NCBI GenBank assembly: GCA_902806085.1
Contig: CADCVH010000031.1
Coordinates: 15,950 to 79,949 of the forward strand
From: an uncultured Rubrobacteraceae bacterium
Lineage (GTDB): Bacteria > Actinomycetota > Rubrobacteria > Rubrobacterales > Rubrobacteraceae
Reading direction: 5' to 3'
DNA: 64,000 bases
The notes under the pieces are model-generated. The model was not told the origin of the DNA. It made no database searches and saw only the letters and a list, made by a program, of their open reading frames with translations. The translations under genes were made by a program, and so were the position numbers. Shown piece after piece: positions 44,533 to 53,620 of the stretch. Every line of letters starts with the position of its first letter. Positions within the stretch are counted from its first letter, which is position 1.

Positions 44533-46641
44533 ATGAGGCTCATAGTCGCGGAGAAACCGTCGGTGGGACGGGACATAGCGGGGGCGCTTGGCGGGGGACG
44601 CAAGGGCAAGGGCGCCGTCAAGGGCGATGGGTGGACGGTCACGTGGGCGCTCGGGCACCTGGCCGAGCTCGCGCCGCCGGACGCCTACGGCGAGCAGTAC
44701 AAGAGGTGGCGGATGGAGACGCTGCCCATCCTGCCCGAGAGGTTCAAGGTCAAGGTGAGCCCGAAGACGCGGGAGCAGTTCGACGTCGTCAAGGGCCTCA
44801 TGCGGGACCCCTCCGTCACCGAGGTCGTCAACGCGTGCGACGCGGGGAGGGAGGGCGAGCTCATCTTCGCCTACCTGTACGGCCTCAGCGGGTGCCGCAA
44901 GCCCGTGCGCAGGCTCTGGATCTCCTCTCTTACCCACGAGGCGATCCGGTCCGGCTTCGACGCCTTGCGCGACGGGAGCCGCATGAAGCCCCTCGAAGAC
45001 GCCGCGCGCAGCCGCGGGGAGGCGGACTGGGTGGTCGGCATGAACGCGACCCGCGCCTACTCCGTCCGCTTCGGCCGCCCCGGCAACGTCCTCTCCGTCG
45101 GCCGCGTCCAGACCCCGACCCTCAAGCTCCTCGTCGACCGCGAGGCCGAGATAGAGGCCTTCAAGCCCGAGAAGTTCTGGACCGTCCACGCCCGCTTCAA
45201 CCGCGAGGCAGAGACCTACGACGGCGCCTGGTTCAAGGGCAAGCAGAACCGCCTGGACAACCGGGAGGCCGCCGAGGAGATAGCGGAGAGGGTCCGCGGC
45301 GGCACGGGCGTCGTAAAGAAGGCGGAGAAAAAGACCGCCACCGAGAAGCCGCCGCTCCTCTACGACCTGACGGAGGTCCAGCGCCACGCTAATTCTCGCT
45401 ACGGCTTCACCGCCGAGCGGACGCTGCGGGCCGCGCAATCGCTCTACGAGGGGAAGAAGCTCATAACCTACCCCCGCACCTCCAGCCGCTACCTCTCGGG
45501 GGACATGATCGGCGGCCTCAAGAAGCGGGTCGAGGCGGCCGGCGGGCTGCCGGAGCTCTCCCCGTTCGCGGAGAAGCTGCTGGAGAAGCCGAAGCTCCCC
45601 GTCACCCCGCGCATCGTGAACGACTCGAAGGTCACGGACCACCACGCCATAGTACCCACGAACAGGAAGCCCTCGGGCAACCTGCCGCCGGATGAGGCGA
45701 AGGTCTACGACCTCGTCGCCCGGCGCTTCCTGGCCGTCTTCTTCCCGGCGGCCCGCTTCGAGAACACGACCGTGGTGACGGAGGTCCGCGGGGAGACCTT
45801 CTTGAGCAAGGGTCGGGTGGTGCTCGAGGCCGGGTGGCGGGCGCTCTACCCCGAAGGTGTGGGCGGGAAGAAGGAGAAAGAGCCGCCCGTCCTGCCCCCG
45901 GTAGAGGCCGGGCAGGAGTGGGCCGTCGCGAAGACCGGCGTCAAGGAGGGGGAGACCAAGCCGCCGCCCCGGTACTCCGAGTCCGCGCTGCTCGGGGCCA
46001 TGGAGACCGCGGGCAAGCTCGTCGAGGACGAGGAACTGCGGCAGCAGATGAAGGACTCCGGGCTCGGAACACCGGCGACGCGGGCGGCGACCATCGAGCG
46101 CCTCATAAGGGTCGGCTACATAGAGCGCGAGAAAAAGTCCCTGGTACCCACGCAGAAGGGACGGTCCCTCATATCTCTGCTCGGCGACAGCCCGCTCGGC
46201 TCGCCGGAGCTCACCGCACGGTGGGAGGAGAGGCTCGCGAGGATGGAGAAGGGCGCGGAGAGGCGCCCGGACTTTATGGCCGACATAACCGGCTTCGCGA
46301 CCTCGCTCGTGGACGAGGTCCGCGGGATGCAGGGCGAGAAGGTCTCCGCCCCCTCCCGCGGGGACCGCGAGCCGCTCGGTACCTGCCCAAAGTGCGGCTC
46401 GCCCGTGATCGAGACGAAGAAATCCTACGGTTGTTCGGCGTGGAAAACAAACCGCTGCGACTTCGCGATCTGGAAGCAGGTCTCCGGCAAACGCCTGAGC
46501 CAGTCCCAGGCCAAGCAGCTCCTGACCAGCCGCCGCACCCCGCAGCTCAAAGGCTTCCGGAGCAAGGCCGGCAAGCCCTACGCCGCCGCCCTCAAGCTCG
46601 ACGAGGACCACAAGGTCAGGCTCGACTTCGAGAACCGGTAA
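44533..46641 (+). CDS. topB: Type IA DNA topoisomerase III
   Basis: Toprim IVAEKPS, NACDAGREGE, GRVQTPT, catalytic ITYPRT, GLGTPATRA; C-terminal Cys ribbon; TATACT 7 nt before ATG 44533. Confidence 0.9.
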   Translation: MRLIVAEKPSVGRDIAGALGGGRKGKGAVKGDGWTVTWALGHLAELAPPDAYGEQYKRWRMETLPILPERFKVKVSPKTREQFDVVKGLMRDPSVTEVVNACDAGREGELIFAYLYGLSGCRKPVRRLWISSLTHEAIRSGFDALRDGSRMKPLEDAARSRGEADWVVGMNATRAYSVRFGRPGNVLSVGRVQTPTLKLLVDREAEIEAFKPEKFWTVHARFNREAETYDGAWFKGKQNRLDNREAAEEIAERVRGGTGVVKKAEKKTATEKPPLLYDLTEVQRHANSRYGFTAERTLRAAQSLYEGKKLITYPRTSSRYLSGDMIGGLKKRVEAAGGLPELSPFAEKLLEKPKLPVTPRIVNDSKVTDHHAIVPTNRKPSGNLPPDEAKVYDLVARRFLAVFFPAARFENTTVVTEVRGETFLSKGRVVLEAGWRALYPEGVGGKKEKEPPVLPPVEAGQEWAVAKTGVKEGETKPPPRYSESALLGAMETAGKLVEDEELRQQMKDSGLGTPATRAATIERLIRVGYIEREKKSLVPTQKGRSLISLLGDSPLGSPELTARWEERLARMEKGAERRPDFMADITGFATSLVDEVRGMQGEKVSAPSRGDREPLGTCPKCGSPVIETKKSYGCSAWKTNRCDFAIWKQVSGKRLSQSQAKQLLTSRRTPQLKGFRSKAGKPYAAALKLDEDHKVRLDFENR

Positions 46642-46717
46642 TTTTCGACGCCGTTCGGGCGTGCCACGTCAAAGCCTTAACGGTCCTTTGCCGCCGGTGC
46701 GTTAAACTCTTGCGTCT

Positions 46718-47959
46718 ATGAAGGTTATCGTTGTCGGGGCCGGGCTTGCCGGGCTCACTTGCGCAAAAGTGTTGAGAGAACGTGGGGCCGAGGTCTCCGC
46801 CTTCGAGGCGTCGGACGGCGTCGGCGGTCGCGTGCGCACGGACGAGAGGGACGGGTTCCTGCTCGACCGGGGCTTTCAGGTGTACTTCACCTCCTACCCG
46901 GTCTCCAGGCGGCACCTGGACCACGGGGCGCTGGATTTTCGCCAATTCGACCCCGGCGCCGTGGTGCATCGGGGCCGCGGGCGGAGCGTGCTCTCCGACC
47001 CCGTGCGCGACCCGAAGGCGTTCTTGCCGACGCTGCTCTCCGGGGAGGCCACGTTCGGGGACAAGCTGCGCACCGTCGGGGTGGCGGCGAAGACGCTGCC
47101 GGGGACCGCGACGAGCGCTGGGCGCGAGAACGGGCGGGCCGACGTCTCGACGCTGGAGTACCTCAGGTCCTCCGGGCTCTCGGAGCGGTACATAGACGCG
47201 TTTTTCAGGCCGTTTTATGGCGGGATCACCCTGAACCGCGCGCTCACGACGAGCTCGCGCGTTCTGCGGTTCACCTTCAGGATGCTCGCCACCGGCCGGA
47301 CGGTCGTGCCGGCGCTGGGGATGGGCGAGATCTCCAACCAGCTCGCCTCCCACCTGCCCGAGAACGCCGTCCACCTGAACAGCCCGGTCGAGTCCCTGCT
47401 GCGCGAGGACGGCCGGGTGCGGGGAATAAGCGCGGCCGGACGGGAGCACGAGGCAGACGCGGTGGTCGTCGCGACGGACGCGCCGACGGCCGGGCGGCTC
47501 ACCGGGGAGAGGGTGCCGGAGGACTCCGTCGGCGAAGTGTGCCTGTACTACGAGACGAGCGGGCTGGACGATGGAAGGAAGATCCTGCTGAACGCCGACG
47601 ACGCGCCCTTCGTGAACAACGCCTCCGAGATGAGCAACGTCTCGGAACGCTACGCCCCGGAGGGCCGCCACCTCCTCTACGCCGTGACCCTGGCCGGGTT
47701 GGACCTGCCGGACGAGGAGCTCCTGCGGCGGGGTGTGGAGGACGTGAGCCGGTGGTATCCCGATGCCGAGTTCCGGCCGCTGGGGTTGCGCCGCATACCC
47801 TACGGCCAGTTCGCCCAGCCGCCCGGCGTCCACGAGGGTTTGCCGCAGAACAAGACTGGCACGCCGGGGCTGTTCCTGGCGGGCGAGTATACGGAAGACT
47901 CCTCCATCAACGGGTCCATGTTGTCCGGGGAGAAGGCCGCGGCGGAGGTGCTCGGATGA
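46718..47959 (+). CDS. FAD-dependent oxidoreductase (amine oxidase / protoporphyrinogen oxidase-like)
   Basis: GAGLAGL, GGRVRT, LDRGFQV, AGEY...SINGSMLSG. Confidence 0.85.
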   Translation: MKVIVVGAGLAGLTCAKVLRERGAEVSAFEASDGVGGRVRTDERDGFLLDRGFQVYFTSYPVSRRHLDHGALDFRQFDPGAVVHRGRGRSVLSDPVRDPKAFLPTLLSGEATFGDKLRTVGVAAKTLPGTATSAGRENGRADVSTLEYLRSSGLSERYIDAFFRPFYGGITLNRALTTSSRVLRFTFRMLATGRTVVPALGMGEISNQLASHLPENAVHLNSPVESLLREDGRVRGISAAGREHEADAVVVATDAPTAGRLTGERVPEDSVGEVCLYYETSGLDDGRKILLNADDAPFVNNASEMSNVSERYAPEGRHLLYAVTLAGLDLPDEELLRRGVEDVSRWYPDAEFRPLGLRRIPYGQFAQPPGVHEGLPQNKTGTPGLFLAGEYTEDSSINGSMLSGEKAAAEVLG

Positions 47960-48714
47960 GCGGCGTCCCCCACAACGGGGTTCCGGCGCTCAAGATAGAG
48001 AAGCTCAAGAAGACCTACAAGAACGGGCTGGAGGCGCTCGGCGGGGTCTCTTTGGAGGTCGCGGGCGGGAAGTTCTTCGGGCTGCTCGGGCCAAACGGGG
48101 CGGGGAAGACGACGCTCATCAACAGCGTGGTCAGCCTGGCGCGTCCGGATTCCGGCACCGTCGAGGTATATGGCAAGGACGCGTTCGAGGAGTTTCGGGA
48201 GGCGCGGCGCATGATCGGGGTCTCGCCGCAGGAGATCAACCTGGACAAGTTCCTGACCGTCGAGGAGGTTTTGATCTTCCACGCCGGCTACTACGGCGTC
48301 CCGAAGAAGAAGGCGAAGGACAAGGCCGCGGAGCTGCTCGAACGCTTCGGCCTCGTCGAGAAGCGCGCCCAGAGGACGAACACGCTATCCGGCGGTATGA
48401 AGCGGCGCGTGATGTTCGCCCGCGCCCTCATGCACGACCCGAAGGTGCTCTTCCTGGACGAGCCGACCGCGGGTGTTGACGTCGAGCTGCGCTACAGCCT
48501 CTGGGGTTACGTCCGGGAGCTCAACCGCGGCGGGATGACCATCTTGCTGACGACGCACTACCTGGAGGAGGCGGAGGCGCTTTGTGAGGAGATCGCGCTC
48601 ATCGACGGCGGCAGGATCTCCGCCCAGGGCACGAGCGTCGAGCTCAAAGAGCGTTACGACGCCAGGAACGTCGAAGAGGTCTACATGAAGGTTATAGGCG
48701 ATGCTTCTAACTGA
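47956..48714 (+). CDS. ABC transporter ATP-binding protein (YadG-like)
   Basis: GPNGAGKT, LSGGMKRR, LDEPTAGVD. Confidence 0.92.
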   Translation: MSGVPHNGVPALKIEKLKKTYKNGLEALGGVSLEVAGGKFFGLLGPNGAGKTTLINSVVSLARPDSGTVEVYGKDAFEEFREARRMIGVSPQEINLDKFLTVEEVLIFHAGYYGVPKKKAKDKAAELLERFGLVEKRAQRTNTLSGGMKRRVMFARALMHDPKVLFLDEPTAGVDVELRYSLWGYVRELNRGGMTILLTTHYLEEAEALCEEIALIDGGRISAQGTSVELKERYDARNVEEVYMKVIGDASN

Positions 48715-49468
48715 CCGGACCTTCCGCACGCTGCTCTCGCGCGAGGTTTTGCGCTTCACGCGCGTCTGGATGCAGACGATCCTGCCCCAGATCCTGACCT
48801 CTCTCCTGTACCTGGTCGTCTTCGGCATCGCCTTGGGCACCCGCATCCGGGAGATCGAAGGCGTCCCCTACCTCGAGTACATCCTGCCGGGCATAGCGCT
48901 CATGAGCCTCGTCACCAACTCGCAGATGAACTCCTCCTGGTCGGTCTTCGACGCCAAGCGCGAGCGCTACATAGACGAGATCCTCATCAGCCCCATGAGC
49001 AACCTCCAGATCGCCCTCGCCTACTCTTTGGGCGGCACGCTGCGGGGCGTGGTGATGGGGGCCTGCACCTTCCTCGTCGGCATCCCGTTCGTAGGTATTA
49101 CCGTCCAGCACCCGCTCTTGCTCGCCCTGATCGGGGTCCTCGCCGCCTTCGCCTTCTCAGCCATAGGCACGATGGTGGGGGCTCTCGCGACAAAGATAGA
49201 GCACATCTCGTTTCTGACCAGCATCGTCATCCAGCCGCTCACGTTCCTCGGCGGGGTCTTCTACTCCGTCGGGATGCTGCCGGACACCCTGAGGCTGGCG
49301 ACGTTCTTCAACCCTATCTTCTACACCGTGGACGCCGCCCGCTTCGCCACTTTGGGCATCTCCGACCTCAACCCCTACCCGACGCTCGGAGTGGTGTTCC
49401 TGATCTCCGTCCTCGCCTTCTGCGGCGCCTGGTTGGCGATAAGCCGTGGCCCGAACCTGCGCTACTGA
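48701..49468 (+). CDS. ABC-2 type permease (YadH-like)
   Basis: RE..RF, Y..YI.PG, PLTFLGGVFYS, NPIFY.VD..R. Confidence 0.9.
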   Translation: MLLTDRTFRTLLSREVLRFTRVWMQTILPQILTSLLYLVVFGIALGTRIREIEGVPYLEYILPGIALMSLVTNSQMNSSWSVFDAKRERYIDEILISPMSNLQIALAYSLGGTLRGVVMGACTFLVGIPFVGITVQHPLLLALIGVLAAFAFSAIGTMVGALATKIEHISFLTSIVIQPLTFLGGVFYSVGMLPDTLRLATFFNPIFYTVDAARFATLGISDLNPYPTLGVVFLISVLAFCGAWLAISRGPNLRY

Positions 49469-49469
49469 G

Positions 49470-49787
49470 GGTGGCCGCCTACCAGCGCGGTCAGAAGAAG
49501 CAAAGGACGAGCACGGGGTCCGCCGCTGGACCTCCCGGCACCGCTGGGTCACCCTTGCCATGCTCGCCCACGCCTTCCTGGCCGTCGCCGCCGAGCGCCG
49601 GGACCACCCCGCACCCGATGGCCTGGCCCCGCTTACCTGCAATGAGATCCAGCACCCGTTCACCACACCGATCGCGCGCCCGGCCCACGACGCGCCCCAC
49701 CGGCTCCGCTGGTCGCGGTGGCGATGCCGAGGCCAAGCCCGGGCCCGCAGTTGCCGCTACCGGCGGCAGGCGACCGAGCTGTTGTGA
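49470..49787 (+). mobile_element. Degraded IS701-family transposase C-terminal remnant
   Basis: EEAKDEHGVRRW...RWVTLAMLAHAFLAV...PLTCNEI...WSRWR...QARAR..YRR resembles IS701-type C-termini; no intact N-terminus. Confidence 0.7.
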
Positions 49788-49839
49788 CCGGGTGCTTCGG
49801 TTCGCCGGCAGGGTGGCGACCGGTCCGCGGGACCGGAGC

Positions 49840-50256
49840 TCACCGCCCGCGAGGCTGGCTGAAGCGCAGCATGTTGCCGGAGGGATCTCGGAAGGCGCAG
49901 TCGCGGACGCCGTATGGCTGGTCGATCGGCTCCTGCAGCACCTCGCCACCCGCGGCGCGAACGCGCTCGAAGGTGGCGTCGCAGTCGTCGGTCCTGAAGA
50001 TGACACCGCGCAGCAGGCCCTTCGCCAGCAGTCTCGCCGCGGCCTCCTTGTCGGCGGGCGAGGCGTTCGGGTCCGCGACGGGCGGCTCGAGGACGATGTC
50101 CACGTCGGGCTGCGACGGCGCGCCGACGGTCACCCAGCGCATCCCCTCGAACCCGACGTCGTTGCGCACCTCCAGGCCGAGAACGTCCCGGTAGAAGGCG
50201 AGCGCCCCGTCGTGGTCGTCGACGGCGATGAAGCACTGCGAGAGCTTGACGTCCAT
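49840..50256 (-). CDS. VOC/glyoxalase family protein
   Basis: ALAFYRDVLG.E, WVTVG, EPIDQPYGVRDCAFRDPSGN. Confidence 0.9.
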   Translation of the reverse strand: MDVKLSQCFIAVDDHDGALAFYRDVLGLEVRNDVGFEGMRWVTVGAPSQPDVDIVLEPPVADPNASPADKEAAARLLAKGLLRGVIFRTDDCDATFERVRAAGGEVLQEPIDQPYGVRDCAFRDPSGNMLRFSQPRGR

Positions 50257-50334
50257 GCGTCTCTCCCTTCGTCTATTGCCGGGGAGCGGCCCCCGCTTCC
50301 GGCCCCCCGTTCCGTTCGGGAAGCTGGGAGTAGG

Positions 50335-50790
50335 CTACAGGCGGCGGGCAGGTTTCCCTTCTCCATTCCTGACCGGTCGCGTGTAAATCTTGGCGACGCA
50401 GGCCGGGATGGCGGCGCCCTCGTCGTGGCGGCGGGCCCGGTATGAGCTCGGGCTCTCGCCTACCAGCTCGGTGAACCGCGAGCTGAACGACCCCAGCGAT
50501 GTCCAGCCGACCGCGAAGCAGACCTCCGTCACCGTCAGGTCACCCCGCCGCAGCAGCGCCTTGGCCCGCTCGATCCGGCGCGTCATCAGGTAGCCGTGCG
50601 GCGTCTCCCCGAAGGCAGCGCGAAAGCTGCGGGAGAAATGGCCCGGCGACATGAGGGCCACGCGCGCCAGCGCCGGAACGTCGAGCGGCTTCGCGTAGTC
50701 GCGGTCCATCTGGTCACGGGCCCGGCGCAGCCGGACGAGGTCGCGCAGGTGCTGCGCCGCGGCGGGTCTGCTGGTCGCCTGCGCGATCAT
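50335..50790 (-). CDS. Short AraC-family HTH regulator
   Basis: LRRARDQMDRDY, MSPGHFSRSF, RRIERAKALL, SLGSFSSRFTELVG.SP; start ATG 50790. Confidence 0.88.
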   Translation of the reverse strand: MIAQATSRPAAAQHLRDLVRLRRARDQMDRDYAKPLDVPALARVALMSPGHFSRSFRAAFGETPHGYLMTRRIERAKALLRRGDLTVTEVCFAVGWTSLGSFSSRFTELVGESPSSYRARRHDEGAAIPACVAKIYTRPVRNGEGKPARRL

Positions 50791-50987
50791 GCCACTGCGC
50801 CCTCCGCGCTCGCCCGCCCGTCCCTCACGCCCACCGTCCGAGCGGTGCTCTCCGGACGGAAACCGGCCCCGTACACGTGGGCGCCCGCTTCCTCGATCTC
50901 CGCATCCGGGGCGGGCAAGTCGCTGACCTCGCCTTTCGCAGGACCTGCCTGGGCGGGATCGTAGAAGTGCATGAGCGCGAACTTCAT
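50787..50987 (-). pseudogene. Truncated YciI-like protein (66 aa)
   Basis: MKFALM...G....P.STARTV.VRDG matches the YciI N-terminal half; it stops before the usual DGPF.E.KE half. Confidence 0.6.
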
Positions 50988-51235
50988 CGGTCCTCCTCGA
51001 AGTCGTTAAGTCGTCCACTGAGTCTACGCACCGGCGGCCCCGGAACAACGCAGGATCCACCAAGTATCGACAGGGGTCGTTCCCCGAAGTCCGCGCTCGC
51101 GCTCGCGGGGGCCGCGATCGGCTACTCCGCGTTGGTCCTGGTGCCCGGCGTAGCTCGCCGGATCCAGACGCCTGGCGGTGGCGTGTACGGGGCCTCCTAT
51201 TCGCGGCGACGTTTGTCGGCCACGAACCGGCCGCG

Positions 51236-51751
51236 CTAGGGGCGCTCCACCCTCTCGCAGTCGGCGGCCACTACGTCGCCAGGGCTGGCCTCGACGAAGT
51301 CCTCCCCCTCGCCGCAGCGGATGACGTCTATGGCGCCGGGCCCGGGGTCGCCGATCTGGTCGTCGCCGGCCCCACCGAGGAGGAGGTCGCCCCCCGCCGC
51401 GCCGACCAGGAAGTCGTCGCCGCCGTTGCCCTCGATGCGGTCGGCGCCGGGGCCGCCGTTTAGGCCCCTCTTGCCCCCCGGGCCGACGTCGAAGCCGGGG
51501 TTGTCGCCGCCGGGCCCGCCGCGGATCAGGTCCCTGCCGTCGTCGCCCAACACGCTGTCGTTGCCGCCCAGCCCGTCGAGCGTGTCAGCGCCGCCCAGGC
51601 CCCGGATCGTGTCTCGCGCGTCCGTGCCCACGATGGTGTCCGGGTCCTCGGTCCCCACGAAGCTGGCGGCGAGGGCCGCCCCCGCCGCCAGGGCCAAGAT
51701 CAACGCCGCCGCCGCCACGACAGAACCCGTTCGCCTGACCGTCGTCCTCAT
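51236..51751 (-). CDS. Secreted protein with hemolysin-type Ca-binding (GGxGxD) repeats
   Basis: Signal peptide ending ALA-A; repeats GLGGAD, GLGGND, GGPGGD, GNGGDD, GGAGDD. Confidence 0.85.
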   Translation of the reverse strand: MRTTVRRTGSVVAAAALILALAAGAALAASFVGTEDPDTIVGTDARDTIRGLGGADTLDGLGGNDSVLGDDGRDLIRGGPGGDNPGFDVGPGGKRGLNGGPGADRIEGNGGDDFLVGAAGGDLLLGGAGDDQIGDPGPGAIDVIRCGEGEDFVEASPGDVVAADCERVERP

Positions 51752-52021
51752 CTTTGCCCCCTGTTCTTCCGTTCGGGCATCCACGCTTACCATCTTAGGG
51801 CGGCGGCCCGGCCGCGGTCAAACCCGGCTTCGAGGCAGGTGGCGTACACAGTCCGTGGTGCCTGGAGTGTGCTGTCGACCTGAATTCCGTGGGCCGGCCC
51901 CAAAACGTTACAATCTGGCCGTGAGAGCTCTTGCCTTCCGGATTGGTGGATGCCCGACATTTGATCTCAATCAATCGATCCGGCCCGCCGCACGTTTTGG
52001 TCGGAAACGGGCGAGTTCTCG

Positions 52022-53233
52022 GTGCGGAGTGGTGCCCCACTGAGACGAAGCCAGGCTACTAAAGCCGCGCCGGCCCGGTCCGTCTGGGCCTTTGTTCTCG
52101 TGGTATTCGCGTCGTCGAGGTTGCTGTTCATGGGCGCCGGTGCCCTCGCCGTGCTGGTTCTGCCGCAGGCGGATCCTGCCGGGGACCCGTTGGGGCCGGC
52201 CGGCCCCTTGGGCTACTGGGCGCGCTGGGACGGGGCGTGGTACTCGGAGATCGCGACGGGGGGGTACGGGGAACGCGAGCCGGCCTCCACGGCCTTCTTC
52301 CCGCTCTACCCGATGCTGGTCAAGCTCGGGACCGTTGTCGGGGGCGGGCCGGCGTTGTGGGGGGTTGGGATCTCTCTGGCCGCCACGATCCTCGCGCTGT
52401 TTTTCGTCTACCGGATAGCGGAGAAGCTCTACGATGCCCGCGCCGCCCGCGGCGCCGCCCTCTGCCTGGCGTTCTTCCCCACGGCCTTTTTCCTGAACGC
52501 CGTCTACACGGAGGCGCTCTTCCTGGTCCTGACGACGGGTACTTTGTGGGCCGCGCTCGTGCGGCGGGACTTCCTGGCCGCCGGGGTCCTGGGGGCGCTC
52601 GCGGCGGCGACGCGCAACCTGGGCGTCCTGCTGCTGATACCGCTGTTTTTGGAGTGGGTGCGGCACCGGCGGGAACTGGGGCCGCGCGGCGTATTCGGGA
52701 TGGCCCTGGTGCCGGCGGGGCTTGCGTCGTACGCGGCCTATCTGTGGGCGCGTTTTGGGGAGCCGCTCGTCTTCGCGCGGCAGCAGGGGGAGTACTGGAA
52801 CCGGGAGGTCTCCGGACCCCTCGCGGCGCTCGGCGACGCCTGGAAGGCGGCGGGGGTCGGTGTGGAGTACGTGTTGGACCCGGAGACGCTCTTCCTCGGG
52901 ACCGACGCCACGCCGGCGCTTGAGGCTTCGAACGTGCTCAACCTGGCGTTCCTGGTCTTCTTTCTCGCCGGGGCGCTTGCGGGGCTTTTCGTGCTGCCGG
53001 CCGGGCTCTCGGTCTACGCCGCCGCCCTCGTGCTGCTGCCGGTGCTTACGCCCTCGCCCCGGTTCCCGCTCATGAGCCTGCCGAGGTTCGTGCTTGGGGC
53101 TTTTCCGGTGTTTCTGGTGCTCGGCTACTTTCTCTCGCGTTCCAGGTGGACCCTCGCGGTGTGGCTGGTGTTCTCGGGGGGCCTCGGGGCGGCGCTGACG
53201 GCCTTGTTCGTCACCTGGCGGTGGGTGGCTTAG
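52022..53233 (+). CDS. GT-C membrane mannosyltransferase-like protein
   Basis: WARWDGAWY..IA..GY, AFFPLYP, FPTAFF...YTEALF, R..G; many TM helices. Confidence 0.85.
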   Translation: MRSGAPLRRSQATKAAPARSVWAFVLVVFASSRLLFMGAGALAVLVLPQADPAGDPLGPAGPLGYWARWDGAWYSEIATGGYGEREPASTAFFPLYPMLVKLGTVVGGGPALWGVGISLAATILALFFVYRIAEKLYDARAARGAALCLAFFPTAFFLNAVYTEALFLVLTTGTLWAALVRRDFLAAGVLGALAAATRNLGVLLLIPLFLEWVRHRRELGPRGVFGMALVPAGLASYAAYLWARFGEPLVFARQQGEYWNREVSGPLAALGDAWKAAGVGVEYVLDPETLFLGTDATPALEASNVLNLAFLVFFLAGALAGLFVLPAGLSVYAAALVLLPVLTPSPRFPLMSLPRFVLGAFPVFLVLGYFLSRSRWTLAVWLVFSGGLGAALTALFVTWRWVA

Positions 53234-53259
53234 GCCGTCGGCCCGCGCCGGGGCTCTCC

Positions 53260-53604
53260 CTAGCGGCTTCCGCGGGCCTCCGACACCAGCAGGGCGATCA
53301 GGAGCAGTTCGACGATCTTGTCTATGTAGCCCGTGACGGTGCTGCTGCCGCCCGTAATGACGAGCCAGAGGACGATGGTCAGGGCCGTGTACCCGACGAA
53401 GACCCACCTTACGGCATTGCGGTGCGGGACCAGTTGGGGGATGGGCAGGTAGAGGGCGACTAGGAGCGTGAGGTAGCCGAGGCCGTTGAGGACGAAGAGC
53501 GGGAGACCCTGAAAACCCAGGTACAGGTGGACTATCGCCGTCACCACCGTCAGCACGATTATGCTGATCCTGAGCGTCAGTGCCGACGAGGCCGTGGTGG
53601 TCAT
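53260..53604 (-). CDS. Small hypothetical membrane protein
   Basis: Four TM helices (TAIVHL, LNGLGY, YIDKIVE); SD GGAGG before ATG 53604. Confidence 0.75.
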   Translation of the reverse strand: MTTTASSALTLRISIIVLTVVTAIVHLYLGFQGLPLFVLNGLGYLTLLVALYLPIPQLVPHRNAVRWVFVGYTALTIVLWLVITGGSSTVTGYIDKIVELLLIALLVSEARGSR

Positions 53605-53620
53605 GGTGAACCTCCTTTGC

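Noticed and set aside
44281-46611. 776-aa antisense ORF and similar long opposite-strand ORFs (for example 18507-20042, 20316-21914, 28197-29795)
   Set aside because: They are shadows of well-supported genes; long stop-free antisense frames are expected at this GC, and they carry no motifs.
51080-51230. Minus-strand LDPASYAG peptide resembling lyase C-termini (PurB/PcaB)
   Set aside because: Eight residues is too little evidence and there is no supporting frame.
51236-51751. RTX toxin
   Set aside because: Too short, has a Sec signal, no toxin domain and no type I secretion genes.
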